Below are positions 50,443 to 63,925 of a stretch of 64,000 nucleotides of DNA, one piece after another. Both the position numbers and the translations under genes were made by a program. The notes below the pieces were generated by a model, which was given only the letters and a program-made list of their open reading frames with translations, was not told the origin of the DNA and did no database searches. The first letter of the stretch is position 1, and each line of letters begins with the position of its first letter. Source of the stretch: Tubiluchus corallicola (taxonomy: Eukaryota > Animalia > Priapulida); assembly GCA_030141605.1 (NCBI GenBank), contig JAQGDQ010000016.1, positions 932,282 through 996,281 of the forward strand, in the 5' to 3' direction.

Positions 50443-53400
50443 TGCCTTCATGCAGAAAGTCTGCTCTCGGCTCATGCATTCCATTTTAGCCTTTCACAAC
50501 CATTCGGAAATTCATATAAGGTATTCATATGATATCTCATGTGTCCAAACTCATTAATTGAACATGATATGTTTTTGTTAAAATGCGCAAGTTGTTGCAA
50601 GTTACCACACGTGCTTATATGCTGATTTCCTTAAATGGCTTAATATTTACCTATAAAAGCTAAGGGAGCTGGAGCTGACCTCGATTGCGGTCATTTCTCA
50701 AAGTTGCCTAAAGGAAATTGATCGATGGTGCATCTGTGGTTGCAGCTGGCAATTTGTAACCTGGGAAACAAAAGTGGGACCGGGCAATTGGTTTTGAAAT
50801 ATGGAACAAACATATTCGAATAATGTTCATGAAAAGTAATCATTTTCCTGCAGAAATGTTAACCGATTGACGATCTTATAGCAGTTTATGAGGTCAGCAG
50901 TTTATCGTTGTTGTTCCAGTGATGTTACAGTTGACTGCTCAATGTTGTTTGTGAGATAAGTCTGTTGGTGTTGCATTTTTCAAGCAAGTTCGTATCACAT
51001 AGGTAGTTACTAAACATCATGTATATATTTGAGAGAAGTGCAAACAGTGGCTTTATGAAGTGGATCACAGGTGCTTTTCGAGAAACAACACATCATTTGA
51101 TCATGCCAATATGTTCATTAGCTTGTGAAACTATGTTGTTGACATGAGCATTCCACTTTTATTCATTGGTAACTGTAACACCCAGGTCTTTAACAGAAGT
51201 TTTTTTCAGTGGCACCCTCAATGCAGATAGTATGGGGTTTGAAACCTGATATGAAGCAGATGCATATATTCATAAGCATCTGCTTAAATTTAGCGCATGT
51301 ATTCTTGATTTGTCATCTGTGTTTTTATAGAGGTCTAATGCAATTGACTTTTTAAAGATTTTAAGTGATGATAAGGTACTCTGCTATGAGCAACTAATAT
51401 CACGAAAATGTGTCTGGCAGACCTTTTCTGACAATATCACAGCATTCGAATCTGATTGTCCTCAGAGAACATTTTATTAACCAGAGGGACAAGGTCAGCA
51501 AACTAATCAGTGAAGCAAAAAACTAGTATGTTACTCAATTGATCTCTGAGCATAAGCTGAATCCTAGGTGTCTCTCAGACATTAATAGTACCCTTTTATT
51601 GAGGGGTGACAAGGACTCTGTGTTACCAGATAATCCATCTAATATAGATGTGGCTGAAAACTTGTAATTTTTTCACAGATAAAATTATCATTATTGCATC
51701 AGCAAGATGACATTTCTCACCATTTTGGTGAGGATCAAGTTACGCAAGCTTCATGCTTGTTTAGGTGTTTTCAGTCTGTTGCTACAGATGATAAAACTAT
51801 AATAGGTTATAATTCTCACATTGTAAAGGCAGGTAAAGTTCCCACTTGATTGTTAAAAGAATGCTTTCCTTACGTAATAAACCCACTTACTACTAATGTA
51901 AACAGTTCCTTACAACATTAAAAATCCAAAATTGAAGAATCCTAACAGTTGCTCTGGTAAGTTTTTTCACAATTCCAGTGATTGATGATGATCGTGAAAA
52001 GGCCAAAGGTTAACTGTACCAGACAACACGCTTGACAATGCCTCACAGCCCATGCTACTGTAATAGTAACAGTTTTAACAGCTAGCTAGAACCTTACCTC
52101 TAGAGTTCATTTTTTCTTGTTCTCAAGCAAGGTCCTGCTAGTAACTCACTCTATGTACAGACTAATACGTAATTAACTAAAGTCCATGTAAATCAACTGA
52201 AGTTGGTGAACTGATGCAGCGGACTGTTTTGCTTTATCCACATATCATGTGACAGTTCTTGTTAAGATGCGTTGATATGGTACACTTAACCTTTGACCTA
52301 TAGCAGCTGTGCATGCGCATAGCAAAACTCTGAAAAGGCTTACTTATTACAAAATTATATTCCATACTATACCATACCGCCACTCTCAAAATATAAGAGT
52401 GGTAGAGGTTAACTGAGCAAGCTCATTGAAACCCCATATTTCCTATCTAAATATCGTTCTTGTGTTCTTGAAGTTATTCACTGAAGAAGCTTTAGCAATA
52501 TCAGATGGTCTTAAATTCAAATTTACAGTGAGTAATGACATCTCAATGATGTCTTCATCATCTTTCTGTTGAGACTTGAAAGATGTAGTATAAACTAGTT
52601 CTAGATTGGTTTAAATGTTATATTTGAAATCGTACACAGTGTGTGAATTAATCGCTGTCGGCGATATAATTCGGAGGCATGGTGGACTAGATTATCATTT
52701 CTATGCAGATGATTCACTAATTTACATATCATTCAAACCTGATAATTCTGTTTTTGAGCAGAGTGCTAAATTAGCTATATAGAAGTCTATATCTCTAAAA
52801 TGAAATCATGTGTGGTACAAATATTTTTGATTGCAAACTCCTGTAAAACTGAGTTAATATATTTTATACTTCAAATCAATTGAAGAAAATTTCACATGCA
52901 ACCATTTATTTGTAGTGATGAGCCGATCAACATTTTCGGCTCACAAGCCAAGCAAGTTTGCAGTTTGCTGTTTGCTGATGCCAATCAATTGCATGTCTGA
53001 TAAAATACCTAGATACTGCTGCTATAAAAATTATTTTCAAACTGTGTTGTCTTATCAGTTATTTTACAAGTCAAAAGATTTTACCTGCAAGACTCCAATA
53101 ACGAAACTTCGTCTTTTAATTGTAATTAGTTGTTTGATTTTCAGGACTTCATTAATTTTATCAATAACTGAAAGTAAAATAAAAACCAAGTGTTTTAATT
53201 GAACTTTGAAGTCTCGCTGTATTACGTAAATGAAAGATTTCTATGTTATTAGACAACAATTTTCACCTACCTGAACAAAGAAACATAGTAGGTCCATGTA
53301 TCAATAAATTTTTCAGCAGGGACATAGAAAGCTAAGAGAGTCGTAAAATAACTAGAGGATTTTTATGTTTTCTTCAAGTATGCATGCTCATTGTTGTGAG

Positions 53401-54662
53401 GACTAGATAGATGACTGCTACCTAGTGAGCCTACACCAACACAGCCACATGGGTACAACCAAGTAATGTGAAAGAATTTCAAATGATTAAAGAAAATGTG
53501 TTTCAAATCTACAACGTTACGTGATTCATAAAAAATAATAATAAATGTTTGTTCATCTTCACAACACGTCGTCGCCTGAACACGACGGAAATTTAGCAAG
53601 ACAGTACATTGTGGCATGAAATAAACAGTATATTAAAACAGCATGAATAATCTAAACTCAGCAGTGGGGCTGAAATGCTTAATCTTCTATGTGTGTTATG
53701 ATGGTGCCGTTTTAGCCAAGGATCTCATCAGAGGAAGGCAACTGAACGAAATATGGTTGCCATATGCAAATAATTTTGGCATTAAACAATACGTTAAACA
53801 TTTCAAAACTTTTGCTGTAAATGTTATATTTTTTTTTACATTTTCTTAAAAATTAAGCAATTTTTATGGCCTAATAGTTCAAATAGCCTCAATAGTTTAC
53901 CAACCCCAATCAATAATTTAATGCCAACCTGATCAGAACTTGTTCGCAGATCACCGATAATAACCGAAGACCATTGTTCAGTCACTGATCGTTTTGGCAA
54001 ATCACTGTTTATTTGATGAGTCTACTGTTACAGCTATAGCATTTGTGAAAAACCTTAGATGTTTCTTTAACTATAATATGATGTAATGACACATCAAAAA
54101 TGTATTTATTTTCAGATGAAGGCAAGTCACTGGTTAGATAAACACATATTTGCATTGCCTGTTTACCTAAGTGTGATTAGAATCTCTGCATGTATGACTT
54201 TTTTTGCAATTAATGTGGAGAAAAAGGGATGTATGTCATGTAACATGCAATGTTTAGTATATGTATTGCATTAAAATTTTTATTTTTGTTTACAGGAACA
54301 TAGCATCTGCCAGAAATCTTCCAAAAATGAAAACATGTCCTGTGATAGATAAAAACTCAAAGGGACATAGCTTGCTAACAAAATTCACGGCAGCAACGAT
54401 CGAGCAAAACCGTCTAGCAACTAATGTTGGTGGCATAATTTCGGTCCCAAAAAAAGGCCATGGAATGCGAACTATGTGGTATCCTAATATATACAGACGC
54501 ATAAAAAAACATGGCTTATGGAAACGTGTTCAGGAACCAGGTGGCCGAAAAATAATAATGCGCCGTATACTGAAGGGCAGATATAAGATGGGCCCTGTTC
54601 ACTATTGGGGCACCTTAAAACCCACTGACAAACATGGCAATTATTTCAAAAAGCTAAGGTGA
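50438..54662 (+). CDS. MRPL34: Mitochondrial ribosomal protein bL34m, 2 exons (50438-50520, 54296-54662), 149 aa
   Basis: Phase-2 GT-AG junction joins MAAFMQKVCSRLMHS... to ...RTMWYPNIYRRIKKHGLWKRVQEPGGRKIIMRRILKGR, matching the L34 pattern (Y.P...R...HG...R.....G..I..RR..KGR). Confidence 0.85.
50870..51260 (-). mobile_element. Decayed CR1-type LINE 3' fragment in the MRPL34 intron
   Basis: Minus strand reads SVKDLGVTVTNE*KWNAHVNNIVSQANEHIGMIK, typical of the post-RT region. Confidence 0.75.
51400..52900 (+). mobile_element. Decayed L2-type LINE fragments in the MRPL34 intron
   Basis: PT*LLKECFPYVINPLTTNVNSSLQ (~51841-51915), GDIIRRHGGLDYHFYADDSLIYISFKP (52660-52740), then NSCKTELI. Confidence 0.8.
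52286..52412. mobile_element. Possible small TTAA-flanked (piggyBac-like) MITE remnant
   Basis: TTAA-CCTTTGACC ... GGTAGAGG-TTAA imperfect inverted ends with internal hairpin CCACTCT...AGAGTGG. Confidence 0.3.
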
Positions 54663-55266
54663 TTTGTTTGAAGTCTGTCAGATTGTGTGCCTTTCTAAAT
54701 CGAAGACTGTTGTATGGAAGTTTGTACTGTGAAAACTGTGTAAAGTGATTATACCACCAACTGTATAGTATAATCATCGAGATCTGTATGTAACTCTATA
54801 TTATATAGCCAGTGATTTTTTAATTCTTTGCTATAATATATTAAAGAAGGTAATTTTAGAAATTGCTACTACAGTTCCAATTCAATGAATACTAGAACAA
54901 TATGATATATTATTGTTAAAAATGTGTTTATTAGCTTTATCGATAAATCAGATCAATGCATAAAACTGCCAATCAGCATCAACTAAATATAGAATGCAAA
55001 TAAATAATGCTTCTGTTGTTGTTCTAGATTGTAAGTCTGAAGTTTTTTAGCTTTTGCTGTCTTCTAATTGTATCACAAAATACAAATGTAAACCTTGTTG
55101 CCATACTGCAACAATATGAAAAAGCCAGTGATTGCAAAATCATTCGAACGTTACAATTACAACGCTACGTTTGCCTGACATTGACTGTAATCAGTGTGTT
55201 GGAAATGCCTATAATTTCTACTAATAACGGTTCTTATGATAGCATAAACTCGATATGAAACCAGTC

Positions 55267-58200
55267 TTAAAAATTTTCATAATGATGAAGGAATGCTGGA
55301 CCGTCTTTGTTGTTCTGCTCGGTGCAAGCTGTTTCTACAGCACGAGTCATTAATGGTGGCCCGCAGCTAAATACGCCAAACTTATTAACCTATCAAAACG
55401 AAAACAAAAGCATTGCTTATTAGTTATTGAATTGGCTTGATGTTTCACTCAGCAGATTGTTAACACATGTTAAGAGAAGTCTGAATGCCTTTTTAGAAAT
55501 CTTAATTTGACGTTAATCAAAAAGGCAAATGTCAAACTAGCTTTAAAAGCATGTTTCTTGAAAACTTCAACATCTCAGCTATGTCGTTTATTTGCTTATT
55601 TTAACATTAGATTGTTCTTAGTCATTTGCACTATGTTTATTACTATACTACCTTTTCATTCTCTACATAACTTTCACTCTAATAAAATCAAGTTACAGCA
55701 CAAATAATCCCCATTAACGTCTAAGTGGACTTGTACATACCTCCCATGATACAAAAGAAGTCAGATTAATGTAGATTCATGAAAATCAAAAAAGTTTTCT
55801 TACCTCAGGAAATTCGTCCTGCAGTGAAGCAAGAAATGTAGAAAAGCACGGACGACCAAAATGTGTCTTAGATTTGAGTCCTGTGAACAAGCTTCTGCCA
55901 GATATTTTCTGAAAATGGCTTTCACAAACATACTGCAAAAAAACAAGCGAAAATAGAGCATCTAACCAAGTTTTGGAAATTTCATTACCGTATATACTCG
56001 CATATAAGCCGAATTTAGAACTATAAAATACAATACTGAAATCAGGGGGTCGGCTTATATGCGATGTAGGCTTATATGCGAGTATATACGGTAACTGCAT
56101 CAAAGCATACCATTCGTAACTGGCATTGGAAGGCTAACATCCCATTAATCAATTTGACAAAAATATCTTTACAAATCACCCAATCTAATCTTTTGCATTG
56201 CATTTACAAGGACGAATATAAATATTGGCACGCTAGTTTCTCTGGCAGTTTTTAATTTGTCTTTGTTTAATTATTTATTTATTTAACTTAAAAATTTTAC
56301 ATCATTACAACTTAAGTATACAATACTTTTTTACAAGTTGATGATTACAATAAAACTAAATTAAATAACACACCAAACACATTAAAAAAATTCAGTTCAA
56401 CACTCTGCAAGCTGGAATCCAACATTCAGTGGTGCAGCATACCCAATTAGATATTTGTGGCAAGACCAGAACCTGACTCAAGGCTATGCCTGTAAGATGA
56501 GCCACTGAATCCAAAGACATCTCAGCCACATCTAGATGTATATAAACTCTACCTCTACAACAGTGGTTCCCAACCTTTTGTTGATGGCGACCCCTTTCCA
56601 GAACCCTGCATCATATCGCGACCCCACAAAGAACATAATCATATGTTATACTATTACACATCACTATCGTTCTCATTTATTAATTTTAACTTACTAGTCA
56701 ACATATTATTGAACAAAAAGTGACCGTTTCATTAATTCATTCATGTGATGGTTGCACCTGTTTCTCAGCGACTAATGTTGCAACGCAATAGGTATCTAAG
56801 GAGATCCGACGTAAAATGAATAACGACATGCTTTAGGGCGGTGTACACTGTACAGAACAATACACGTTTTCATTTTCCGAGAAAATCAAGCACTGGTATA
56901 CCGCATTTAGAGCGGGAAAACCCTGTTTCACTTTCCAGAACAAAATGATGTAATGAGAGATCGAGGAAACTATATCTACTTACATACTTTTCATGGAAAC
57001 AGCATTTTTCAAAAATAGTTTGCTTTAAAGAAAATTGCTTCGCGACCCCAAGGTTGGGAACCCATGTTCTACATGGTAAATAGCCACTCGGTACACCCAA
57101 AGCAAGAATTGAAGGTGTTGACCTATCAGTTAGCTGACCAGCCTCGGTGCCATTCATAAAAACTTAATTTTTATTAGTGTACACTAAAAATGCTATTTAA
57201 ACAAATTCCTACCAACATGGTAGTGCGCAAATCAAACTTCTGATAGAACTGTGTTATGAAAATGTGCACGGACACCAAGTCTTGCATATCTTTCTCTTCC
57301 ACCTCTCTTATGATATCTGTCATCCACTCAAACTGCTTTTGTGTTCTAGTCACCCACAAGAAGAATATCTAATAAAAAAAAATTCGATCTAATAAAAAAA
57401 GCATAAGAAATGATCCAAACACTATAGTGTGACTCCTTACAAAATGGGAGCAATATTCGAATGGTGAAACTTGGTCATGTAACAAAGTTATTAAGTGTTA
57501 AGTGGCATTTTTACCTTGTGTTTTATTATGATGCTAATGACGAATGTTATAGAAGTGAATTCAATGTCCCAAAACATAAATTTATAGAAACGGATGAAAG
57601 AAATAAAGAGTTTTCAATAAGACAAAAATGGTTACATTCACACCTTCTTGCATGAGAATTTGTGACCCACGCCGGACTTGAAAACAAGATCCTTCAGAAT
57701 GGATGCAAAAGGAGTGACCCCTATTCCTCCACCAACCAGAACAGCAACTTCAAATTTGTACCAGTCTTGATGTCCTTCTCCATAAGGCCCATCCAAATAC
57801 AACTGAAAAACGTAATTTAGTTTCACTTTTGTATCAAGCAAATTCAACAATTACAGCAATTTTCTGATAAATAAACAAAATCATAATGCAGCTGAAGATT
57901 CATGAATAATACATTTAATGCAATAATACAATGCAGAGTTGTATAAAACAACTTAAAAGTACACTAGCTTAGAACAGATCTATAATTATTTTCTAAGTGG
58001 CAGTACAATGCTATAAACAGTGCTATTGTGAGTCAAAGTCATTATGCTATTCATAATAATGTTGACATCTATAGATAAGAACAAAAATGCATGTAAGTTG
58101 TGCCTCTTTAAAGCCCTAGCTAGAAATTGCAAAGTAATTATTAATTTAGTGTACTAGATACCTAACTTATCTCTAAGAAGATAAAAACCATTGCATTGTT

Positions 58201-61200
58201 TTGCTATTCAGACAACTATTAAAAATATTTTTGCCCTAAAAACTAATTAGGATAATTTGTTACAAGAGCATGAAACAATGCTTTTAAAAATAGTCAAATT
58301 CTGCATTCTGCTGTGCAATAATATATAAGCAGTGGACTTTTCATTACACTCTTCATATTTCTGTGATGACATTGTGAGACTGACAATGTACTTCTAAGAA
58401 GTTTGAAGTTCCTGTAGTCAGCCTTCAAAACAGTAGCCTCTTAGTTTAGTGTACTGCTTAAATATGATCCGTTTAGTTCAAACATGAAATTCTCCCATGA
58501 ACAAAATTATCCTATTCCATGAAAAAAACAAGTGCAGAGCTCCATTCACACAAAGCAAACAGGTGAAAATTTTGAATAACATGCAATTTTTATTTATGCT
58601 TAACAATAAATTCATCGAAAACTGAGTTTACCTTTGGATACGGATGCTCTCTAATAATGTTTGGGTCATAAGTTGTCCGTAGATTAATTGTCCATGGTCC
58701 AACAGCTCTAATGTATAAACTAAGGTGTTCCTCGTGGGGAGCACTGGTCAGGGTGAATGGGTGGTACTCGTTTGCACCCTGTGTCAAGCAGGCAATGCGC
58801 ACCCACTGTCCAGACTTGTACTCAAAGTTCTGAGGTCTCTTGAATACCAAGCATGTTACATCTGTTGAAAAAACAGTAAGACTTCAATCCTATATACAGT
58901 GTTTATTAGCATGTTGGTTTGTTTACATTAAAATTTTGCCTGCTTTGCATTTACTATACAAGCATAAAATTGTATGGAGAACATATCATAATAAAAATCA
59001 CATTATTGGGTCTCAAAATAAATTTTAAGCATTGGTCCCATATGTCTTTCTACAAACTAAAAAAAATCTAAATCAATAAAGTCACCAGACAAAGCAAAAT
59101 ACATTTTGTTATTTTAGTTACTTCTGTACATTTTGGTAAACTTGGCATTTGATTTAATTTTTTATAATGAAACTTTCTATTTTTTTTCCAAATACAGGTA
59201 TATCATAAATCACTATACACTTCACATTTTCCATATTTTTTTAGCAAACAAAGCAAAAATATTTGAAAATTGATACAGACGAACTAAAACCTTAGGCAAT
59301 TCTTTTAATCAAGTTAGCCAAATATTTGAAAAAACTACTGGACTAGTAACCTTTGCTATTATTTTCAACACCTTCTTAAGGAACCAGAAGAGCTTTGGGG
59401 ACTAATCTAATGGCAAGTCAAACACTGTGCATTGAGAAAGCCTCTCACAGCTCATAAGTGTTGAGGCGAGGCTGCACCTTATAGAAGAGCCGTAATGAGA
59501 GAATAGGATGGTCCATATGATGCTGTTAATTTCTGCTGAACTTCAGTTTATGATCAAAGGACCTCATGTAAGGCTAATTTTGCAGCTCCTTTCTAATGTT
59601 ATCCTCGTTGCTAATGCAATACGTTCAAGTCAAAGAATAACTAAAAAGAACTGCCAAAGGTCCGTTTTGAATTATCATTCGTGTAAGAACTTCTTGATAT
59701 TGAAGAAAAAACTAAAAAAAATTAGAACTCAAAGTGTATAATGATTTTTCAGACACCCTATAGAATTATTTATTTGAGATACTGGTATGTTGCATTTACG
59801 CTTTTTGCAATGAATAACCAATAAAAAAATAATAATTTGACGTGCTTTCAAAAATCTCGTGTAATTCACTGAAAAAGCACCATCAAGACTTTTGAGAAGC
59901 ATCATGCATTCTTACAGACCATCTTCATTTTCTAGCCCAGAAAGAAAATGTTAATAACTTGGAAATCCTATTCAAAATTATGCCATTCTTAGACAAAAGA
60001 TTGGCCAGACACACAATTTTTCCTTAAATAAACAAAAATCATATTACCCGAAGGCAACAACTCGGCTTTCATGACGGATATTTCCACTTTCTTTCGGCTA
60101 ATGCTGACAAGTGTGTCCAAAGTAAACAGAATCGCAGGACCAAGAAAGAAGTAGAAGAAAAAAGCATCCTGTACGAGTCGACCGATGCCATGCAAAATCA
60201 TCAAAATGTATAGGATAATGTACATGTTATGAGTTAACCAAAACCAGTGGAAGACGTGACGTCGAGCATATTGTATAGCAAAAACATACATGACTATCAC
60301 CAGTAGTGTGACTAGAACACCGGTAACTCCTACAATATAATAAGGTGACTAATTACACTTTAATTTAAAAAAAAAACAGGAACTATTATTCATAAATATA
60401 ATGAAGTCTTACCAGTCCAAAATATGTAATTTGCTTTATTAGCAAATTTTGTAAGAAATAAAGTTCGTAAATGAAAATAGTTAAAAACATGAAAAAGGCA
60501 AAAAAGCAAATGTGACAAATTTGAGATCTTTGTAGGCTAATGGTAAAAAGCTTGTGTAACAAAGTTGGAGAATGTAAAACAGCTAAGTCAAAGACAGCTA
60601 CTTTCAAACTGTGAAGAACAATGAAGCAAAATTACACGTGAACACACCAATTTATGCAATAACAAGTAAAAACCTAGTGACAAAAAAACTTTGTTGTAAA
60701 ATACCAGCCTGTAATTGTTTGCCAGCACCAGTAATGAAACTTAGGGAGCTCGTGCGTCCTGAAAAATTAAAATGAGGTATTAAAATTTTGCATTTTCTGA
60801 AAAAAGAAAGATTATATTGGTCTGCTAAGTTACAGAATTGTAACAGACTGAAATTTCTGCAAAATCAATTACCTGGACTAAAATAATACTGTAAGTGCAG
60901 TAAGTTCTGGTTTCTCTGCTTTGTAGATTATATATTTTTCTACACAATAAAGAATAACACCCTTATATAAACTAAAGCCGTGAAGACATCTTCAAAGCTA
61001 GTAAAAGATGCACAGCTATAAGTGGTAAAGTTTTCAAACTATATTAATAACATGAACAACATCAACTTGATAAGTATTCCACAATATCTACAAATTTTAT
61101 ATCATCAATATTTCCACTGCACGCTAGCAGATATCTTCAAGTAGCAGTCACCTTTATTATCTTATACAAGTGGTGCATGCATATTTAGAAAAATACGAGA

Positions 61201-63287
61201 GTATAAGCAACTGAAGATTTATATTTAAGAGTATGTAATGAGAAAAAAGAAATTTGTGAATCTCATGATATGATAACCTCAGAAAAAGTAGATGTTCAAT
61301 TCACTTTAAAGGCAAAGTAAGTATGCCAATTACAGTAAAATGCTGCAGAAAAAACACATACAAGGAAAGGTAAAATTAACCTGCCTTCAAAATATACTCA
61401 CGCATGAAAGAAATTCCTAAACAAACAGGTAAGATCATTAGCAGTCTGGGTAGAAATATGATAAAAGTTTATGGCATGTCCAATACAATGCATCACTGAA
61501 AAGGCCAAAATTAATGTTTATTTACAAATTATTCAAACATAAAATAATAGCGACGAAATAATGATATCACAGTTTTGTAATAAACCTATGAATTAAATGC
61601 AGCACTGAAAAGTATCATTTTATTGTTACTAAACTCTGACCATATCTTAATCTGTCAATTTTACTGTCTCATACCTGTGTAGAACAAAGCCCATGCAGCA
61701 ATGTACTTGTGCATAGCTATAGCTGCATCAAATGGAATGAACCTAAAAACAGGAGAACGAAAATTTCTTTATGAAAATGCAAGATCTGCACATCTCACTA
61801 GTGGCTACATACAATTTTAAGTTTTGAAATTACTTTACCTTGTAAAAAATTACACACTTAATATTTTAATGTCTACATACCAGTTACAGGTTAATTTTTA
61901 CTAAGACTAATGTTTAGTAGTAACGGTTTAACTTTGCAGCATAATCCAATAAATTCATCATGCTTTTTTGCCTCTCTATAGATCAATAAACAGGATGCAT
62001 TCAAATCACTCTCAAAAAAAATCGCGAATGAAACTATTTTTTTACTACTATTATGCCACCAAACACCGATCAAGATGCTCTGGCTGATAAGTAATTATAT
62101 CGAAAAGCAACAAGTGGACATAGCAGAGCTTTTAACAAGCAAAAATCTGTTTATTGTATTTTGCACAAACAGATATCGAAATTGTAAACATCAGTATTTA
62201 AAATGCATTGTAAGCAAACAGTTTTGTGTAAGCGAGATACTGCTAACTTCTTACATCATATTGGGAAAGATTCAAGGTTTTATTCGTAAATGAGGAGACG
62301 TAACAAATGTGGTAAGCTTAATTCACCAGCCACTATGACCGGTTAACAGCAGATGTCTCCCTGTCTTCAGACAGATTTATCATGAATTTGGAAAAACTGG
62401 TGCTAAATTTGCACCCTAGTGAATATACCACAATGTACATTTCTAAACACTTAGAAGAATCAATTATACCTATGCAGAAAAGTCTCTCGGAAAAACGTGA
62501 TTGTGTTTCTGCACATTGTCACTAGGAGGCTCGAATAGGTAAACATCATAGCGCTTGCGGCTCCACGAGTAACAGTTACACCATATCCGGCAATGCGTCG
62601 AAGACCGGCATGCTCCCTTTCCACCGAAAAATCTGAAACACAGCAAAAGCCATACTGAAAAACACAAATGACATTACATATGCAAGCTAAAAGCTAAACT
62701 CATAAAACAGAGAAACAAATTTTAATTCGACATGCTAATCACATATCATCCAACTTTAATTTACTTCCAAACTCAAAACACTATTTTTTATACAAATCAA
62801 TTTTAATACAGCACTATAACAAAGTGTGAACATACATATAAAAATTTCACAGTTTATCAACTTCAAAAGCCACAAAAAGATTGGATAGAAATTTATTTTT
62901 GATACTGGATGAACTAGCAAAGCTGTGAGGTAATAACACTTAGTTATACATTTGAGACAGTTTACAAAATTTAGAGGCCACGAAAAGTTTGGAAATCCAT
63001 AAATTTTTTGACAATAGATAAATTAACAAATCAAATATTTCATGAACTGCACTTCTAAGCTACTCAAACTCCTGAGGGTACAATGAATGTAGTACATACA
63101 GTAAGCTCGTTCAACAAAAACTCCTGTCAAGACCAGCGTGTATAAGATGAGCCAGAATATGTGCATTCGATGATTCTCTATGTAGCGGACCCAGGCCATT
63201 GTCAACTGTGAGAATGCACTCTTTACAAACATCTGTTTCTGAGTTTCTACTTTGAGCGATGACGATCGTCCTGAACTGTCTGGTGTC
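55267..63287 (-). CDS. DUOX: Dual oxidase (NOX transmembrane, FAD- and NADPH-binding domains); 3' partial, gene continues beyond the window
   Basis: Exons 5'->3': 63287-63100, 62632-62470, 61742-61675, 61495-61402, 60758-60709, 60329-60048, 58861-58632, 57802-57644, 57368-57213, 55932-55804, 55389-55267. Motifs [28 protein letters not shown], heme His residues, [60 protein letters not shown], and C-terminal HHYENF* are DUOX-typical. Confidence 0.95.
55988..56091. mobile_element. 104-bp Tc2/pogo-type MITE
   Basis: Perfect 23-bp TIRs CCGTATATACTCGCATATAAGCC / GGCTTATATGCGAGTATATACGG, TA target duplication, and an extra internal GGCTTATATGCGA subterminal repeat. Confidence 0.93.
56265..57155 (-). 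mobile_element. SINE copy 2 (same family as 32290-32580), interrupted by a hAT MITE
   Basis: Collinear matches to copy 1 on both sides of the MITE; minus-strand 3' end has an (AAAT)n-like tail near 56265-56285. Confidence 0.6.
56561..57066. mobile_element. hAT/Charlie-type MITE
   Basis: TIRs CAGTGGTTCCCAACCTT / AAGGTTGGGAACCCATG, subterminal CGCGACCCC repeats, imperfect 8-bp TSD CTCTACAA / TTCTACAT (NTCTAGAN-like). Confidence 0.9.
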
Positions 63288-63925
63288 CTGCAATAGAAAA
63301 AATAACAAACACTGTTTCAGATATTTAAGGCTGTACAATTTTTTCTTCTTAAATGCTCTATCATCAAGAAAGCTTAGTCTTAATATAGAGATCAGCACAA
63401 GTGTTGAAGAGAGAAAAAGTTTAATATTTATAACTAAATAATTCCATCACTGATGGTTTTGTTTTTTAGTTAATGGTTCCCTTATCTAAAGATAGCGCGA
63501 AATGGTACAAAAATTGAAACACTTCAAATAAAGTTACAAAGTTTTTATCCCTTCTAAATTGCTGATTTTCCCATTAATTCTTTTTTCTTGGTTAAAAAGA
63601 GGTGCACTTACGCTAAGCTCATGTGTAATCAATGGTTTAATTTTTTCTTGAATAATCACACTAAAAAAGTGTAAAAACAATCAGGGAAATCTTTCCGTAT
63701 AATTAAGTTCCTGGCAATCTATCATATTTTTACTCTCTGATTACAGCCTTTACTTCAGTGGTATGTGGTATACTGTGGGGTAATTTGTATCACAAATTTG
63801 CAATAAGTGTAATTAGGACTAAATATGAATTTATTGACAAAAAATTACTATTTACTCCGAAAGTTCTTTATATTATTATTATTATTATTAATTTTATTGC
63901 TAGGCCTAGAGTCACCAGACCTGTG

